Positions 1 to 10,264 are shown, counted from the first letter of the whole stretch. The stretch is 63,880 nt of DNA, filler included, from 4 parts of 4 records of this genome joined end to end with filler, not necessarily neighbours in it; one strand, 5' to 3'. Notes: generated by a model from the sequence alone, not told the origin. Made by a program: numbers and translations.

Positions 1-1
1 C

Positions 2-94
2 GGCGAGATCATGACCATGCCGGGCCTGCCACGGACCCCGGCAGCGGAATCGATCCGCCTGAACAAGGACGGGTTGATCGAAGGACTGTTCTGA
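2..94 (+). CDS. fhs: Formate--tetrahydrofolate ligase, C-terminal fragment (truncated by window start)
   Basis: Frame 2 reads [30 protein letters not shown], the characteristic Fhs C-terminus (MTMPGLP...GLF); lies directly upstream of folD. Confidence 0.93.
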   Translation, partial: GEIMTMPGLPRTPAAESIRLNKDGLIEGLF

Positions 95-210
95 CGCAGA
101 CCTTCGGGGATGACATACCGTTAGGGCATCGACGTTCCTGACGGAATATTTTGAGCCAACGGGGGACATGGGCAACGCCCCGATCCCGGCTTTTGACGAA
201 TGGAGATCCG

Positions 211-1113
211 ATGACAGCAACAGTAATTGACGGCAAGGCGTTTGCCGCGAAAGTCCGCGCACAGGTGGCGGAACATGTGACAAAGCTGAAGGACAGCCAC
301 GGAATCAAGCCCGGGCTGGCGGTGGTGTTGGTAGGCGAAGATCCGGCAAGCCAGGTCTATGTGCGATCAAAGGGCAAAATGACGGTCGAAGTCGGCATGA
401 ATTCCTACGAGCACAAGCTGGATGCCGACACCTCAGAAGCGGAGCTGCTGGCAGTGGTGGATAAGCTGAACAAGGATCCGGCGGTGCACGGCATTCTGGT
501 TCAACTGCCGCTGCCCAAGCATCTGGATTCGGATCTGGTGATCAATGCCATCGACCCGGCCAAGGATGTGGACGGCTTTCACATTTCTAATGTGGGTCTT
601 CTGGGTACGGGGCAGAAATCCATGGTGCCCTGCACGCCGCTGGGGTCGTTGATGATGCTGCGCGATCATCACGGCAGCCTTTCGGGTATGGATGCGGTGG
701 TACTCGGGCGGTCCAACATCGTGGGCAAACCGATGGCACAACTGCTGCTGAATGACAGTTGCACGGTCACCATCGCACATTCGCGCACAAAAAATTTGGC
801 AGACGTCGTGCGCCGCGCCGACATCGTTGTGGCCGCTGTTGGGCGTCCGCAGATGGTGCCGGGCGACTGGATCAAACCGGGCGCGACGATAATCGACGTG
901 GGCATCAACCGGATCGATGCGCCGGAAAAGGGCGAGGGCAAGACGCGGCTTGTCGGCGATGTCGATTATGAGTCCTGCGCAAAAGTGGCCGGGGCAATCA
1001 CGCCCGTGCCCGGCGGCGTCGGCCCAATGACCATTGCCTGTCTTCTGGCCAATACTGTGACGGCCTGTTGCCGCGCAAATGGCCTGCCCGAGCCTGAGGG
1101 GCTAACGGTCTGA
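211..1113 (+). CDS. folD: Bifunctional methylenetetrahydrofolate dehydrogenase/cyclohydrolase
   Basis: Motifs [53 protein letters not shown] before ATG 211. Confidence 0.98.
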   Translation: MTATVIDGKAFAAKVRAQVAEHVTKLKDSHGIKPGLAVVLVGEDPASQVYVRSKGKMTVEVGMNSYEHKLDADTSEAELLAVVDKLNKDPAVHGILVQLPLPKHLDSDLVINAIDPAKDVDGFHISNVGLLGTGQKSMVPCTPLGSLMMLRDHHGSLSGMDAVVLGRSNIVGKPMAQLLLNDSCTVTIAHSRTKNLADVVRRADIVVAAVGRPQMVPGDWIKPGATIIDVGINRIDAPEKGEGKTRLVGDVDYESCAKVAGAITPVPGGVGPMTIACLLANTVTACCRANGLPEPEGLTV

Positions 1114-1122
1114 GATTTACAT

Positions 1123-1150
1123 TCCCCCGCCAGACACCTTTGGCGGGGGA
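1123..1150. terminator. GC-rich hairpin between convergent folD and yceI; probable terminator
   Basis: TCCCCCGCCA-N8-TGGCGGGGGA perfect 10-bp stem; no strong U-tract. Confidence 0.6.
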
Positions 1151-1158
1151 TGTGGCGG

Positions 1159-1743
1159 TCAGTCCATGCGCATCGCTTCGGTTTCGATGATGATTTCAAC
1201 CTCGTCCCCGACAAGGCCAAGGTCCACGCCGTAGTCCATGCCAAAATCGCTGCGCTTGACCATTCCTCTGGCAGAGACACCCAGAACGAACCGTTTGTGG
1301 CCAAATGGATAGGCGTCCGCCTTGTTCAACGTCACGTCGAGCGTGAGTGGATGTGTTTCGCCGATCAGCGTCAATTCCCCGCTGACGGTTCCCGAGGTTT
1401 CGTTGGCAGCATCCCCGGCTGCCGCGACGAACGTCATCACCGGATAGGCCCCGACATCCAGAAAATCTGCGCCGCGCACATGTTCGTCGCGGGCTTCGTT
1501 CAGTGTGCTCAGGCTGTCCGTAGTCACCTCTACCTTGACGTTTGATAGGTCCTGCGTGTCAATGTCATAGGTAAAGCTTCCTGTGACCGCGCTGAACAAG
1601 CCAAGGGTTTTGGCATAGCCCATATGCGTGATGAGAAAGGACACCGTTGTGTGATCCGGGTCCAGTTCATAACTGTGCGGTTCGGCCCAGGCCGGCAGCG
1701 CGATCAGGACCAGTGCGGCGGTTGCGGCTAAATGGTTTTTCAT
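1159..1743 (-). CDS. YceI-family periplasmic polyisoprenoid-binding protein
   Basis: Signal peptide MKNHLAATAALVLIALPAWA; YELDPDHT, RDEHVRGADFLDV, RSDFGM motifs; AGGAGA RBS before ATG 1743. Confidence 0.92.
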   Translation of the reverse strand: MKNHLAATAALVLIALPAWAEPHSYELDPDHTTVSFLITHMGYAKTLGLFSAVTGSFTYDIDTQDLSNVKVEVTTDSLSTLNEARDEHVRGADFLDVGAYPVMTFVAAAGDAANETSGTVSGELTLIGETHPLTLDVTLNKADAYPFGHKRFVLGVSARGMVKRSDFGMDYGVDLGLVGDEVEIIIETEAMRMD

Positions 1744-1991
1744 GATGTCTCCTGTAAAGTAACGGTACCTTGATGCGATCTGGTGCGCAGTCTGGCAGAG
1801 CACGGTCTTTTGTCTAACGAAAAGGATTCCAGCTATTTCGGGCGCGTGAGGTCAGAAACAGTTCCTGCCAGTATCGTAAAGGCGCGAGCCCTGACGCGGG
1901 CCAGCATCCTTTCGCCGCTGTGAGCGAGCAAGCGCGGATTAAGGGCGGACGTTTGGGGTGCCTGCGCACGCAAGGCGCGGCTCGCGTTCGC

Positions 1992-2018
1992 TTGACAGTT
2001 TATGAAAAACGCTAGCTT
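1992..2018 (+). promoter_or_regulatory. Candidate promoter for the CDP-alcohol phosphotransferase cluster
   Basis: TTGACA at 1992-1997 and TAGCTT at 2013-2018, just before ATG 2027; spacing (15 nt) is short for sigma70. Confidence 0.35.
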
Positions 2019-2026
2019 GATCTCAT

Positions 2027-2815
2027 ATGCCAGAACTTGACCATTTTCGCCATCGTGCGCTGACTGCAGGTCCAACTCCGGGGCCTTTTGCCCCTTGGCA
2101 AAGCTTTGGCCTTATCGCTTTGATTGGGCTTATTGCTGTCTCTTTCGGCAGTTATTTTCTGGACCCCGACCCGTCCTGGACAGCCGAGGTTGCTGCGGTG
2201 GCCCTGTGCGGCGCGGCAACGGCGCTGGCGCTTGCATCATTCCGGGCCGGATATCCGCATGACCGGCTGGGCGCTTGCAATGTCGTTACACAGATCCGGG
2301 TTTTTGCAGCGTCGATCCTAAGCGTTCCCGTGGTCGTTCCCGCAGCGCTTGAACACTGGCCATACCTGATCCCGGCCATTGCTGTGCTGGCGCTGACGCT
2401 CGACGGCATGGACGGAATGCTGGCACGACAGTCGGGGCTAACGTCTTCCTTTGGGGCGCGGTTCGACATGGAGGTCGATTCGGGTCTGGCCGCCATCCTG
2501 GCGCTGATCCTGCTGCGATCGGATGTAACGGCCGGGCCGGTGGCGCTGATGTGCCTGCTGGTGCTCGGCTTCAGCCGCTATGTTTTTGTCGCCGCCGCGC
2601 TGTTTCTGCCGTGGCTGAACAGATCACTCCCCGAGCGGTTTTCGCGCAAGGCGATCTGCGTGGTGCAGATCATGACGCTGAACGCGTTGTTGTTGCCCGG
2701 GGCTGGTGACATCGCGGCGCACCTTGCGCTGCCTTTTGCCAGTGGACTGTTGGTGTGGTCATTCGGTCGCGATATTCATTGGCTTGCGCAGATGCAACGG
2801 ACCACCGGCGGATGA
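2027..2815 (+). CDS. CDP-alcohol phosphatidyltransferase family membrane protein
   Basis: Signature LDGMDGMLARQSGLTSSFGARFDMEVD; multiple hydrophobic helices. Confidence 0.92.
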   Translation: MPELDHFRHRALTAGPTPGPFAPWQSFGLIALIGLIAVSFGSYFLDPDPSWTAEVAAVALCGAATALALASFRAGYPHDRLGACNVVTQIRVFAASILSVPVVVPAALEHWPYLIPAIAVLALTLDGMDGMLARQSGLTSSFGARFDMEVDSGLAAILALILLRSDVTAGPVALMCLLVLGFSRYVFVAAALFLPWLNRSLPERFSRKAICVVQIMTLNALLLPGAGDIAAHLALPFASGLLVWSFGRDIHWLAQMQRTTGG

Positions 2816-4437
2816 ACAGGCGCGCGATTGCAACTGGCACGGGGCTTTTGATCGCCGCTGTGGTGCTGCATCTGGCGCTGGCCCTGCCCAACAGCCCCTC
2901 GGCGATGACACCCAAGGCTTTTCAGCGGTTGTCGCTGGAGCTGCCCGCCCTGCTGGCCGCGATGCTGGCGTTGGGTGCGTGGGGGCGAGTGTCGCGGATG
3001 TGCGCAGGCGCGTTTGCGGTGGTTCTGACTGCCGTGGTGCTGTTGAAACTGGCGGATTTCACAACCTTTCAGGCGTTTTCGCGCCCCTTCAACCCGGTCA
3101 CCGACATGTTCATATTTTCCGCCGGGATGGACCTGCTGATCGGCACCCTGGGATGGGGGCTTGCCATTTTGGCGGTTGTGGCCGCGACGTTGGGTATTGT
3201 CGGGCTGGGTGTGATGTTTTTCCTTTCCCTGACGATGTGGTCCCGCGTCCGAGCGGCCCCGGCGACGCGGCGCGCATCGGGCCTGACCGCGTTGGTGTTC
3301 ATCGGGCTAGTCGCCCTTGATGTCCTGCGCATTCCACACCTGCCTGATCCGCCCGGCAGCGCCTTTACCACACGTCTTGCGATTGCGCAGGCGCAGCGTG
3401 GCCGCGTGGCGGCGCGCAGTCTGGCGGAATACCGCGTTGCCGCCAGATCGGACCCATACGCCAAGGCAACCGGCCTGTTCGACTTGCTTGCCGGGCGGGA
3501 TGTGATCATCCTTTTTGTGGAAAGTTACGGGCGCACCAGTTTCGACAATCCGCTGTACCGGCCCACGCATGTGGCAACCCTAAGGGACGCAGAGGCCGAG
3601 GTTCGGCAGGTGGGGCTGGCGATGCGCAGCGGCTGGATGACGTCGCCCATCGCAGGCGGACAAAGCTGGCTGGCGCATGGAACATTCGCTTCGGGGCTGC
3701 GCACAGGCGATCAGGCGCGTTATGGGGCGATGCTGAGCAGCGCACGCCAGACGCTATTCCACCTTGCCTCGGGTGCGGGTTATCGCACTGCAGCGGTGAT
3801 GCCCGCGATCACGCTGGCCTGGCCCGAAGGGCCGATGTTAGGGTTCGACAAGATCCTTGCCGCCGCCGATCTTGGCTATGGTGGTGCGCCGTTCAACTGG
3901 GTGACAATGCCGGATCAATACACGTTGTCTGCGTATTCCGGGTCGCTCGGCCCGGATCCGAGACCGAATTTTGTGCAATTCGCTTTGATTTCGTCCCATG
4001 CGCCTTGGGTGCCAGTACCGGAAATGGTCCCCTGGGAAGAGGTGGGTAACGGGCAGATATTCGACCGCTGGGCCACATCGGGCGACTCTCCTCGTGTCGT
4101 GTGGCAGGACCCTGACCGCGTACGTGACCAATACCGGCAGGCGATAGACTATGCTTTACATGCCGTGTTTTCCTTTGTCGCGCGACAGGGAAAGGACGGG
4201 CCGCTAGTTATTGTGCTGGGTGATCACCAGCCTGCAGGGTTTGTATCCCAGATCGACAGCCGCGATGTGCCGATACACCTGATCGGCCCGCCAGAAGTGA
4301 TCGCGCGGATCGGCGATTGGGATTTCCGGGATGGGTTGGTGCCGGATGACATGGTCCCGGCCTGGCCGATGGCGGCGTTCCGGGATCAGTTCATCGCTGC
4401 ATTCTCCTCGGGGGTGGGGCCGCCGGGCGGGTCATGA
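2812..4437 (+). CDS. Membrane-anchored sulfatase/alkaline-phosphatase superfamily protein (LTA synthase/MdoB-like)
   Basis: N-terminal TM helices, then FVESYG, ISSHAPW and LGDHQP metal-site motifs; ATGA overlap with upstream gene. Confidence 0.8.
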   Translation: MNRRAIATGTGLLIAAVVLHLALALPNSPSAMTPKAFQRLSLELPALLAAMLALGAWGRVSRMCAGAFAVVLTAVVLLKLADFTTFQAFSRPFNPVTDMFIFSAGMDLLIGTLGWGLAILAVVAATLGIVGLGVMFFLSLTMWSRVRAAPATRRASGLTALVFIGLVALDVLRIPHLPDPPGSAFTTRLAIAQAQRGRVAARSLAEYRVAARSDPYAKATGLFDLLAGRDVIILFVESYGRTSFDNPLYRPTHVATLRDAEAEVRQVGLAMRSGWMTSPIAGGQSWLAHGTFASGLRTGDQARYGAMLSSARQTLFHLASGAGYRTAAVMPAITLAWPEGPMLGFDKILAAADLGYGGAPFNWVTMPDQYTLSAYSGSLGPDPRPNFVQFALISSHAPWVPVPEMVPWEEVGNGQIFDRWATSGDSPRVVWQDPDRVRDQYRQAIDYALHAVFSFVARQGKDGPLVIVLGDHQPAGFVSQIDSRDVPIHLIGPPEVIARIGDWDFRDGLVPDDMVPAWPMAAFRDQFIAAFSSGVGPPGGS

Positions 4438-4520
4438 TGGCATGTTCTTGCACCGGGCGACTTGCCTGACCCCGTTTCACGGCCTAGCTCTGATGAAACG
4501 CGTATCAAGGGGGCCTTGTA

Positions 4521-5522
4521 ATGATCAAACCACTGAAACCGATTTCCGGACTGACCCGCCGACAGCTGCTGGCCAGCGGCGCGGCTGCTTTGGCTTTTGG
4601 CGCGCGACCGGCTTCGGCGCAGGATCGCGCCGTTGCACTGCAACTGTCCTGGCTGCATTCGGTGCAGTTTGCCGGCAGCTATATCGCCCGCGAGCGTGGA
4701 TATTGGAGCGATCAGGGTCTGTCGGTCGCGCTGTCCCCGGGTGGGCCGAACGCGCCGGTCGAACCGCCGGTCGTTGCCGGTACGGCGCTGGTGGGCATAT
4801 CGGCCGCGGATTACACCGCCGCCGCCGTCCAGCAGGGTGCGCCATTCAAAATTATCGGCGTAGCAATGCAGAAGAACCCATTTTCCATCGCGTCATTGCC
4901 CAGCAATCCGGTGAACAGCCCGGCAGATCTTGAGGGCAAGAGGATCGGCATGGCGCTGGCCAATATGCCGGTGTTGCAGGCGCTTTGCACGATCAACGGG
5001 GTGGATATTGACGCGATCGAGGTTGTGCCGACGCAGTATGACGCGGCGCCACTTGTTGCAGGGCAGGTGGATTGCCTGCTGTGCTGGGCCACCGATCTGC
5101 CGGTCGCCATGGCGATGCAGGGCATCCAGAGCGTGACGATGTTGATGGCGGACCACGGATATGCCGTGCATTCTCAGACTTATATCGCGACCGAGGACAG
5201 TCTTGCCAATCGCCGTGACGACCTCATCGCGCTGATGCGAGGCGAGGTGAAAGGTTGGAACGATTATCACGCTGACCCGGCCGCCGCCGCTGCGCTGACG
5301 GTTGCGATGTTCCCGGATGCGGGTCTTGATCTGCCGACACAGGAAATGCAGGCCGAACGGCAGGTGCCATTGATGTTTTCTGAACTAACAGAGATGCACG
5401 GCTTTGGTTGGTTTACTGACGAAACCGTTGCCGCTAATATCGAAACGCTGGCACTTTTGGGCCGCGAAGTGGGCCCCGATCTGTGGGATCGTTCGTTGCT
5501 CGAAGAAATCCATGGTGGTTGA
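4521..5522 (+). CDS. ABC transporter substrate-binding protein, NMT1/THI5/SsuA family, Tat-exported
   Basis: TRRQLL twin-arginine signal; LQLSWLHSVQFAGSYIARERGYW and SPADLEGKRIG motifs. Confidence 0.88.
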   Translation: MIKPLKPISGLTRRQLLASGAAALAFGARPASAQDRAVALQLSWLHSVQFAGSYIARERGYWSDQGLSVALSPGGPNAPVEPPVVAGTALVGISAADYTAAAVQQGAPFKIIGVAMQKNPFSIASLPSNPVNSPADLEGKRIGMALANMPVLQALCTINGVDIDAIEVVPTQYDAAPLVAGQVDCLLCWATDLPVAMAMQGIQSVTMLMADHGYAVHSQTYIATEDSLANRRDDLIALMRGEVKGWNDYHADPAAAAALTVAMFPDAGLDLPTQEMQAERQVPLMFSELTEMHGFGWFTDETVAANIETLALLGREVGPDLWDRSLLEEIHGG

Positions 5523-6318
5523 TGGCGTGGAGCGTGGGCAGTCTGTCGTTTGTCAGGACCTGTCGTGCATCTATAACAGTGGCGGCGAACCCATCACGGC
5601 GCTGGACCGGACCGACGTCACGTTCGAGGCGCAGCGTACAACGGTTTTGGTCGGGCCGTCGGGTTGTGGAAAGTCAACGCTGCTGCGGCTGATTGCGGGG
5701 CTTGAGGAACCGACAACCGGCAGCATCCGCATCGGTGGCGCATCACCGCAGGAACTGTGCAGGCGCGGCGGGCTGGCCATGGCGTTTCAAGATTCATCGC
5801 TGCTGCCCTGGCGGACCCTGCGCGGCAACATTGCCTTGGCGTTGACCCTTGCCCGACGTCCTGCCGCACCGCGTGATGTCGACCGGCTGATCGATCTGGT
5901 GGGGCTGGCAGGGTTCGAAGACCGCCGCCCGTCCGAGCTTTCTGGCGGGATGCGGCAACGGGCGGCGATGGCCCGGTGTCTGGTGACCGAACCGGGCTTG
6001 TTGTTGCTTGATGAACCCTTTGGCGCGGTCGATGAACTGACCCGGCGCAGGTTGAACCGTGACCTGCCCGCGCTTTGGCGTGCGCAGGGTGCCACCGCGT
6101 TGATGGTGACCCATTCCGTGACCGAGGCCGCGCTGCTGGCTGATCGCATTCTTGTGATGTCACCGCGCCCGGGACGGATTGTTGCCGATATCCCAGTCGA
6201 TCTGCCCGTCGAACGGCCCGCGCATATCGAAACCGACACAGCGTTCCGCAACCTGACCATGCGGGTGGCCGAGGCGCTGAGCGACAGTGCACTGACCCGG
6301 CAGTACGCCGCGCAATGA
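5512..6318 (+). CDS. ABC transporter ATP-binding protein (TauB/SsuB-like)
   Basis: Walker A GPSGCGKS, signature LSGGMRQR, Walker B LLLLDEPF, VTHS. Confidence 0.95.
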   Translation: MVVDGVERGQSVVCQDLSCIYNSGGEPITALDRTDVTFEAQRTTVLVGPSGCGKSTLLRLIAGLEEPTTGSIRIGGASPQELCRRGGLAMAFQDSSLLPWRTLRGNIALALTLARRPAAPRDVDRLIDLVGLAGFEDRRPSELSGGMRQRAAMARCLVTEPGLLLLDEPFGAVDELTRRRLNRDLPALWRAQGATALMVTHSVTEAALLADRILVMSPRPGRIVADIPVDLPVERPAHIETDTAFRNLTMRVAEALSDSALTRQYAAQ

Positions 6319-7904
6319 TCGCGCAAGGCAGATTCGTTGTTTACCCCAGAACAAGGCAGGTCGGGGTGCGGATATTGTGCATTTGCATGTTTCTGGTGCT
6401 GTGGGAGGTCACAGCGCAGATCAATGCCGACAGTTACGCCTTGGCGGGGCCGTTGGCCGGTGGTACATATCTGTGGCAGCACGCGCCGCTGTTGGCCCGC
6501 GCGCTTGGCGTCACGCTGGGTAATGCTGGCTACGGATTTCTGTGGGGCAATTTGGCCGCCATTGCTCTCGCGGTCAGCGTGGTGCTGGTGCCGCAGGCCG
6601 AACGCCTGCTGGGCGCGCTGGCGCTAATTGTGTTCTGTCTGCCGCTGGTCGCGACCGGCCCCATCCTGCGCGTGCTGTTCGGGCCGGGGAACGGCCCGCA
6701 GATCACGCTGGCTGCGCTGGCAGTTTATTATACCACCTTTTTGCCGCTGGTGGTGGGCTTGCGCGCCGTACCGCAAAGCTGGCTTGACCTTGTGCGCAGT
6801 CAGGGGCGCGGTGCTTGGGCGCAGATGGTTCATGTCCGCGCTGCAGCCTCCGTGCCCTATCTTGTGGCTGGTCTTCAGATTGCCGCACCGGCGGCGGTGC
6901 TCGGCGCGATGGTGGGCGAATTCACCGGGGCCGAACGCGGCCTTGGCGTGCTGACAATCCGTGCAATGCGGGCCATGGATGTCGATGCGACATGGGCCAT
7001 CGCGGCCCTTGCCGCAGGGATCTCTATTTTGGGCTACGGTGCCTTTGGTTGGTTGGGCAAGTGGCTGACCTACGCAAGGCCCGCACTGTTGCTGGCCGCA
7101 CCGGCGACCAAGGTGGCAGGCGGCTGGATACGGAGTGCTATACAAATCGTCTTGGTCCTGGTCGTGACGTTGCTGATCTGGCAGGGCAGCATGGCGCTGC
7201 TTGGGCTGAACCCGTTTTTTGCCAAACGGCCCGGCGATGTTCTGGTTTTTGTGCTGACCGGACCAGACGCCGCCGGGCACCGCGCCACGCTTATTTCTGC
7301 CTACGGCGAGACGCTTGCCTTTGCGTTGCCCGGCTATCTCGCGGGGCTAGCGGCGGGGGCAGGGCTGGCCTGTAGCCTGATGTTGATGCCGGGACTTGCG
7401 GCGGCTACGCTGCCCATGTCAGTCGCATTGCGGTCGATCCCTATTGTGACCACGGCACCACTGATCGTTCTGGCATTGGGGCGCGGGGCGGCAGGGACGA
7501 CCACCATCGTCGCGGTGATGATTTTTTTCCCGACGCTTGTGGCCTGTCTGCAGGGATTGCGACAGATGCCAGGGCAGATCAACGACATCTTTGACAGTTA
7601 TTCCTCGGGACGCTGGCGGCTGCTGCGACTGGCCCAAATACCGGCGATGATGCCCGCCTTTTTTGCCGCTGCGCGTATGGCAGTTCCTGCGGCGATCCTT
7701 GCCGTCACAACTGCGGAATGGCTTGCCACCGGCAATGGCATCGGGAGTCTGATGGCACTGACCGCTTCAACCTCGGATTACAATATGCTGTGGAGCGCGA
7801 TTGTCCTTGTCACAAGCACCGCAGCGCTGGCCTATGCGGCTGTGGGCTGGATCGAGGTGCGTGTGCTTGCGATCTATGCACCGGAACAGGGCGCGACACG
7901 ATGA
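6315..7904 (+). CDS. ABC transporter permease with two fused TauC/SsuC-like domains
   Basis: 529 aa hydrophobic protein with two similar halves (GAMVGEFTGAERGLG / AVTTAEWLATGNGIG); ATGA overlaps at both ends. Confidence 0.9.
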   Translation: MIAQGRFVVYPRTRQVGVRILCICMFLVLWEVTAQINADSYALAGPLAGGTYLWQHAPLLARALGVTLGNAGYGFLWGNLAAIALAVSVVLVPQAERLLGALALIVFCLPLVATGPILRVLFGPGNGPQITLAALAVYYTTFLPLVVGLRAVPQSWLDLVRSQGRGAWAQMVHVRAAASVPYLVAGLQIAAPAAVLGAMVGEFTGAERGLGVLTIRAMRAMDVDATWAIAALAAGISILGYGAFGWLGKWLTYARPALLLAAPATKVAGGWIRSAIQIVLVLVVTLLIWQGSMALLGLNPFFAKRPGDVLVFVLTGPDAAGHRATLISAYGETLAFALPGYLAGLAAGAGLACSLMLMPGLAAATLPMSVALRSIPIVTTAPLIVLALGRGAAGTTTIVAVMIFFPTLVACLQGLRQMPGQINDIFDSYSSGRWRLLRLAQIPAMMPAFFAAARMAVPAAILAVTTAEWLATGNGIGSLMALTASTSDYNMLWSAIVLVTSTAALAYAAVGWIEVRVLAIYAPEQGATR

Positions 7905-8956
7905 GCCTGTCGTTGGTCTTTGCCATTCCCGGCGATATGTACCGCCGCACCGGCGGCTTTATTTACGAAGCAACAGTCCTGCGCGAATTGCGCGTCCTTG
8001 GCCACACGGTCACGCACCTGCAATTGCCGGATGGCTTTCCCGACCCCACGACCGCCGAGGCCGCCGAGGCGATGGCCCTTCTGCGGGCGGTGCCGGTGGG
8101 GGTGCCGATCGTGCTGGACGGGTTCATACCCGGCACGCTGGGTGCTGCGGCCATGGCGCAGATATCCGCGCCGGTTGTCCCAATCATCCACCATCCGCTG
8201 GGCCTGGAAACGGGACTGACGCCGGACCGCGCGGCATTTCTGATCGCGAACGAGGCTGCGGCGCTGCGGCATGCCGCCCGAATTGTCGTGCCGAGCCCGC
8301 ATACTGCGCGCCTGCTGACAACGGAATTCGGGTTGGATGCCTCGATGATTGACATCGCTCCGCCCGGTTTTGCGCCTTTTATTGGAACGCGCCGCCCGAT
8401 TGACCCGCCGCTCATCCTGTCCGTCGGGCTGCTGGCGGCGCGCAAGGGGCATGACGTGCTGCTGGACGCGCTGGCCCGCGTGACTGACCTGGCTTGGCAG
8501 GCGCGTATTGTTGGCGACGCCCATGATCCCGGGGTCGCCAATGCCCTGCATCAGCAGATCCGACGGCTTGGGTTGAATGATCGGGTGACGTTGACCGGTC
8601 TGCTGACGGATGATGAAGTGGCCGCCGCTTATGACACTGCGTCGATCTTTGCACTTGCCACACGGTTCGAAGGCTACGGCATGGTGTTCGGTGATGCGAT
8701 GCGCCGGGGTCTGCCGATTGTCACCTGCGCCACCGGGGCGGTTCCTGATACTGTGGGTGCGGCGGCGCGGCTGGTGCCAGTTGACGACGCCGCCGCCTTT
8801 GCCACGGTGCTGAGAGTTTTGCTGTCCGATCGCGACGCCTATGCAGACCTTGCCGCCGCATCTGCACACAAAGGTGCCGCCCTGCCAATTTGGAAAAACA
8901 CTGCCAAAGTGGTTGCAAACTCAGTGCGCCGGATGCTTACGGAAACGGGAGCGTAG
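7901..8956 (+). CDS. Glycosyltransferase family 4
   Basis: TGGFIYE N-terminal motif, SVGLLAARKGHDVLLDAL, FEGYGMVFGDAMRRGLP (EX7D variant of EX7E). Confidence 0.92.
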   Translation: MSLSLVFAIPGDMYRRTGGFIYEATVLRELRVLGHTVTHLQLPDGFPDPTTAEAAEAMALLRAVPVGVPIVLDGFIPGTLGAAAMAQISAPVVPIIHHPLGLETGLTPDRAAFLIANEAAALRHAARIVVPSPHTARLLTTEFGLDASMIDIAPPGFAPFIGTRRPIDPPLILSVGLLAARKGHDVLLDALARVTDLAWQARIVGDAHDPGVANALHQQIRRLGLNDRVTLTGLLTDDEVAAAYDTASIFALATRFEGYGMVFGDAMRRGLPIVTCATGAVPDTVGAAARLVPVDDAAAFATVLRVLLSDRDAYADLAAASAHKGAALPIWKNTAKVVANSVRRMLTETGA

Positions 8957-9065
8957 CCGAGCTGCGCATGTGCACTGGTTGATCAGCTGGTATGCCTACC
9001 GCATTGGCGGTCCAACGATGTGGGATGCCGCATGCACCTACGTGTTCCATCCCGGATGATCACAT

Positions 9066-9165
9066 NNNNNNNNNNNNNNNNNNNNNNNNNNNNNNNNNNN
9101 NNNNNNNNNTTAATTAATTAANNNNNNNNNNNNNNNNNNNNNNNNNNNNNNNNNNNNNNNNNNNN
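9066..9165. other. Artificial contig linker
   Basis: N44-TTAATTAATTAA-N44, stops in all six frames; unrelated sequence either side. Confidence 0.99.
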
Positions 9166-9192
9166 CAGGTTCGAGTCCTGGTGGGCCCACCA
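9166..9192 (+). tRNA. 3' end of a tRNA (T-arm to CCA), probably CAT-anticodon tRNA-Ile2; left att site
   Basis: CAGGTTCGAGTCCTGGTGGGCCCACCA; first 12 nt match the last 12 nt of the contig, where the CTCATAA anticodon loop is visible. Confidence 0.85.
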
Positions 9193-9256
9193 TCTAACAT
9201 TCTGATTTTGCTGGTTTTTGTCCTGCATTTGCGGACGGCTCTAAGGTCTGTTGAAC

Positions 9257-10264
9257 CTAAGAAGCCGCCTTTGCTGGCTTGGTGAAGTCCAAAATCTCGG
9301 CTTCTGCCTTCAAATGATCCGGTGCAAATCGGCCATAGACGCGCTCGGTCACGGCGATTGAACTGTGGCCAAGATACTGGCTGACCTTCTGCATGGGTAC
9401 GCCATTGGCGACCAAATGAACGGCGGCGGTGTGGCGCAGGACATGCGGTGTTACGCCCTTGACGCCTGCCGCCTTGGCCGCTGCCGTGAAGCCGGTGCGC
9501 AGGCGCTTGATCGGCTCGCCTGCCCATTCAATCACATTGTCGGTCATGGCAGCGCCTTCTGCTGCGGATAGTGCTGCCCGCAACCCGCTATTCATCGGCA
9601 CGATCGCCCGACCCTTGCGGGGTCCGGTTTCGTTTGTCCGCAAATCGATGGTGCCGCGCTCGAAGTCAACGCGATCCCATGTCAGCTCAAGAATTGCGCT
9701 CACTCGCCCGGCTGTCGCCAGCATCAGCAGAATGGCAAGCTGGACATGGTGCGCTTTGGGTGCGGCCAGCAGCTTGTCGATCTCCCGCCGGGTTAGCCAG
9801 CGATCTTTCGGGGCGGGCTTGGCTGGGCGCTCTACTTGCGGCGCAAACGAGATCAGGCGGGCATTTCGTGCCCAGGTCATAACCGTGCGCAGGTGTCCAA
9901 GCTCGGTCCAGATCGTGCCATCATGCTTGCCGGCCTTGCGACGGGCGGCGGTATATTTCCGGCAGATCTCAACGGTCAGGTCATCGGGGCGCAGCGCAGC
10001 AAAATGCTCTTTCATCGCGCGCCATTCGAAGTCCATAGCGACGGCAACGCGGCGCCCTTGCTTTTCCTGGCGGTACATCTCCCACAGCGTGCCGATGGTC
10101 AGCCCTTCGGTGCGCAACGTCTCGCGCTGGTAGATCGCTAGGGCTTCGGTTTCCGCCGCCGCTCGCGTGAGTGCGTCAAGACGATAACGTCGTCGCTTGC
10201 CGCCTTGCCACCAGGTGACGGCGAACTTTCCATTGAGGCGACCGATCCGAAGCTCTGCTGACAT
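9257..10264 (-). CDS. int: Tyrosine recombinase/phage integrase
   Basis: Catalytic set ATAGRVSAIL (R), HVLRH, LGHSS, RVYGRF (Y); adjacent to tRNA att. Confidence 0.97.
   Translation of the reverse strand: MSAELRIGRLNGKFAVTWWQGGKRRRYRLDALTRAAAETEALAIYQRETLRTEGLTIGTLWEMYRQEKQGRRVAVAMDFEWRAMKEHFAALRPDDLTVEICRKYTAARRKAGKHDGTIWTELGHLRTVMTWARNARLISFAPQVERPAKPAPKDRWLTRREIDKLLAAPKAHHVQLAILLMLATAGRVSAILELTWDRVDFERGTIDLRTNETGPRKGRAIVPMNSGLRAALSAAEGAAMTDNVIEWAGEPIKRLRTGFTAAAKAAGVKGVTPHVLRHTAAVHLVANGVPMQKVSQYLGHSSIAVTERVYGRFAPDHLKAEAEILDFTKPAKAAS

Noticed and set aside
1805-2020. Possible riboswitch or ncRNA between yceI and the transferase cluster
   Set aside because: No TPP, FMN, cobalamin or other recognisable aptamer core sequence seen.
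7874-8869. 331-aa antisense ORF opposite the glycosyltransferase, and similar nested ORFs in contigs 1 and 2
   Set aside because: Fully overlap well-supported genes and have no recognisable motifs.
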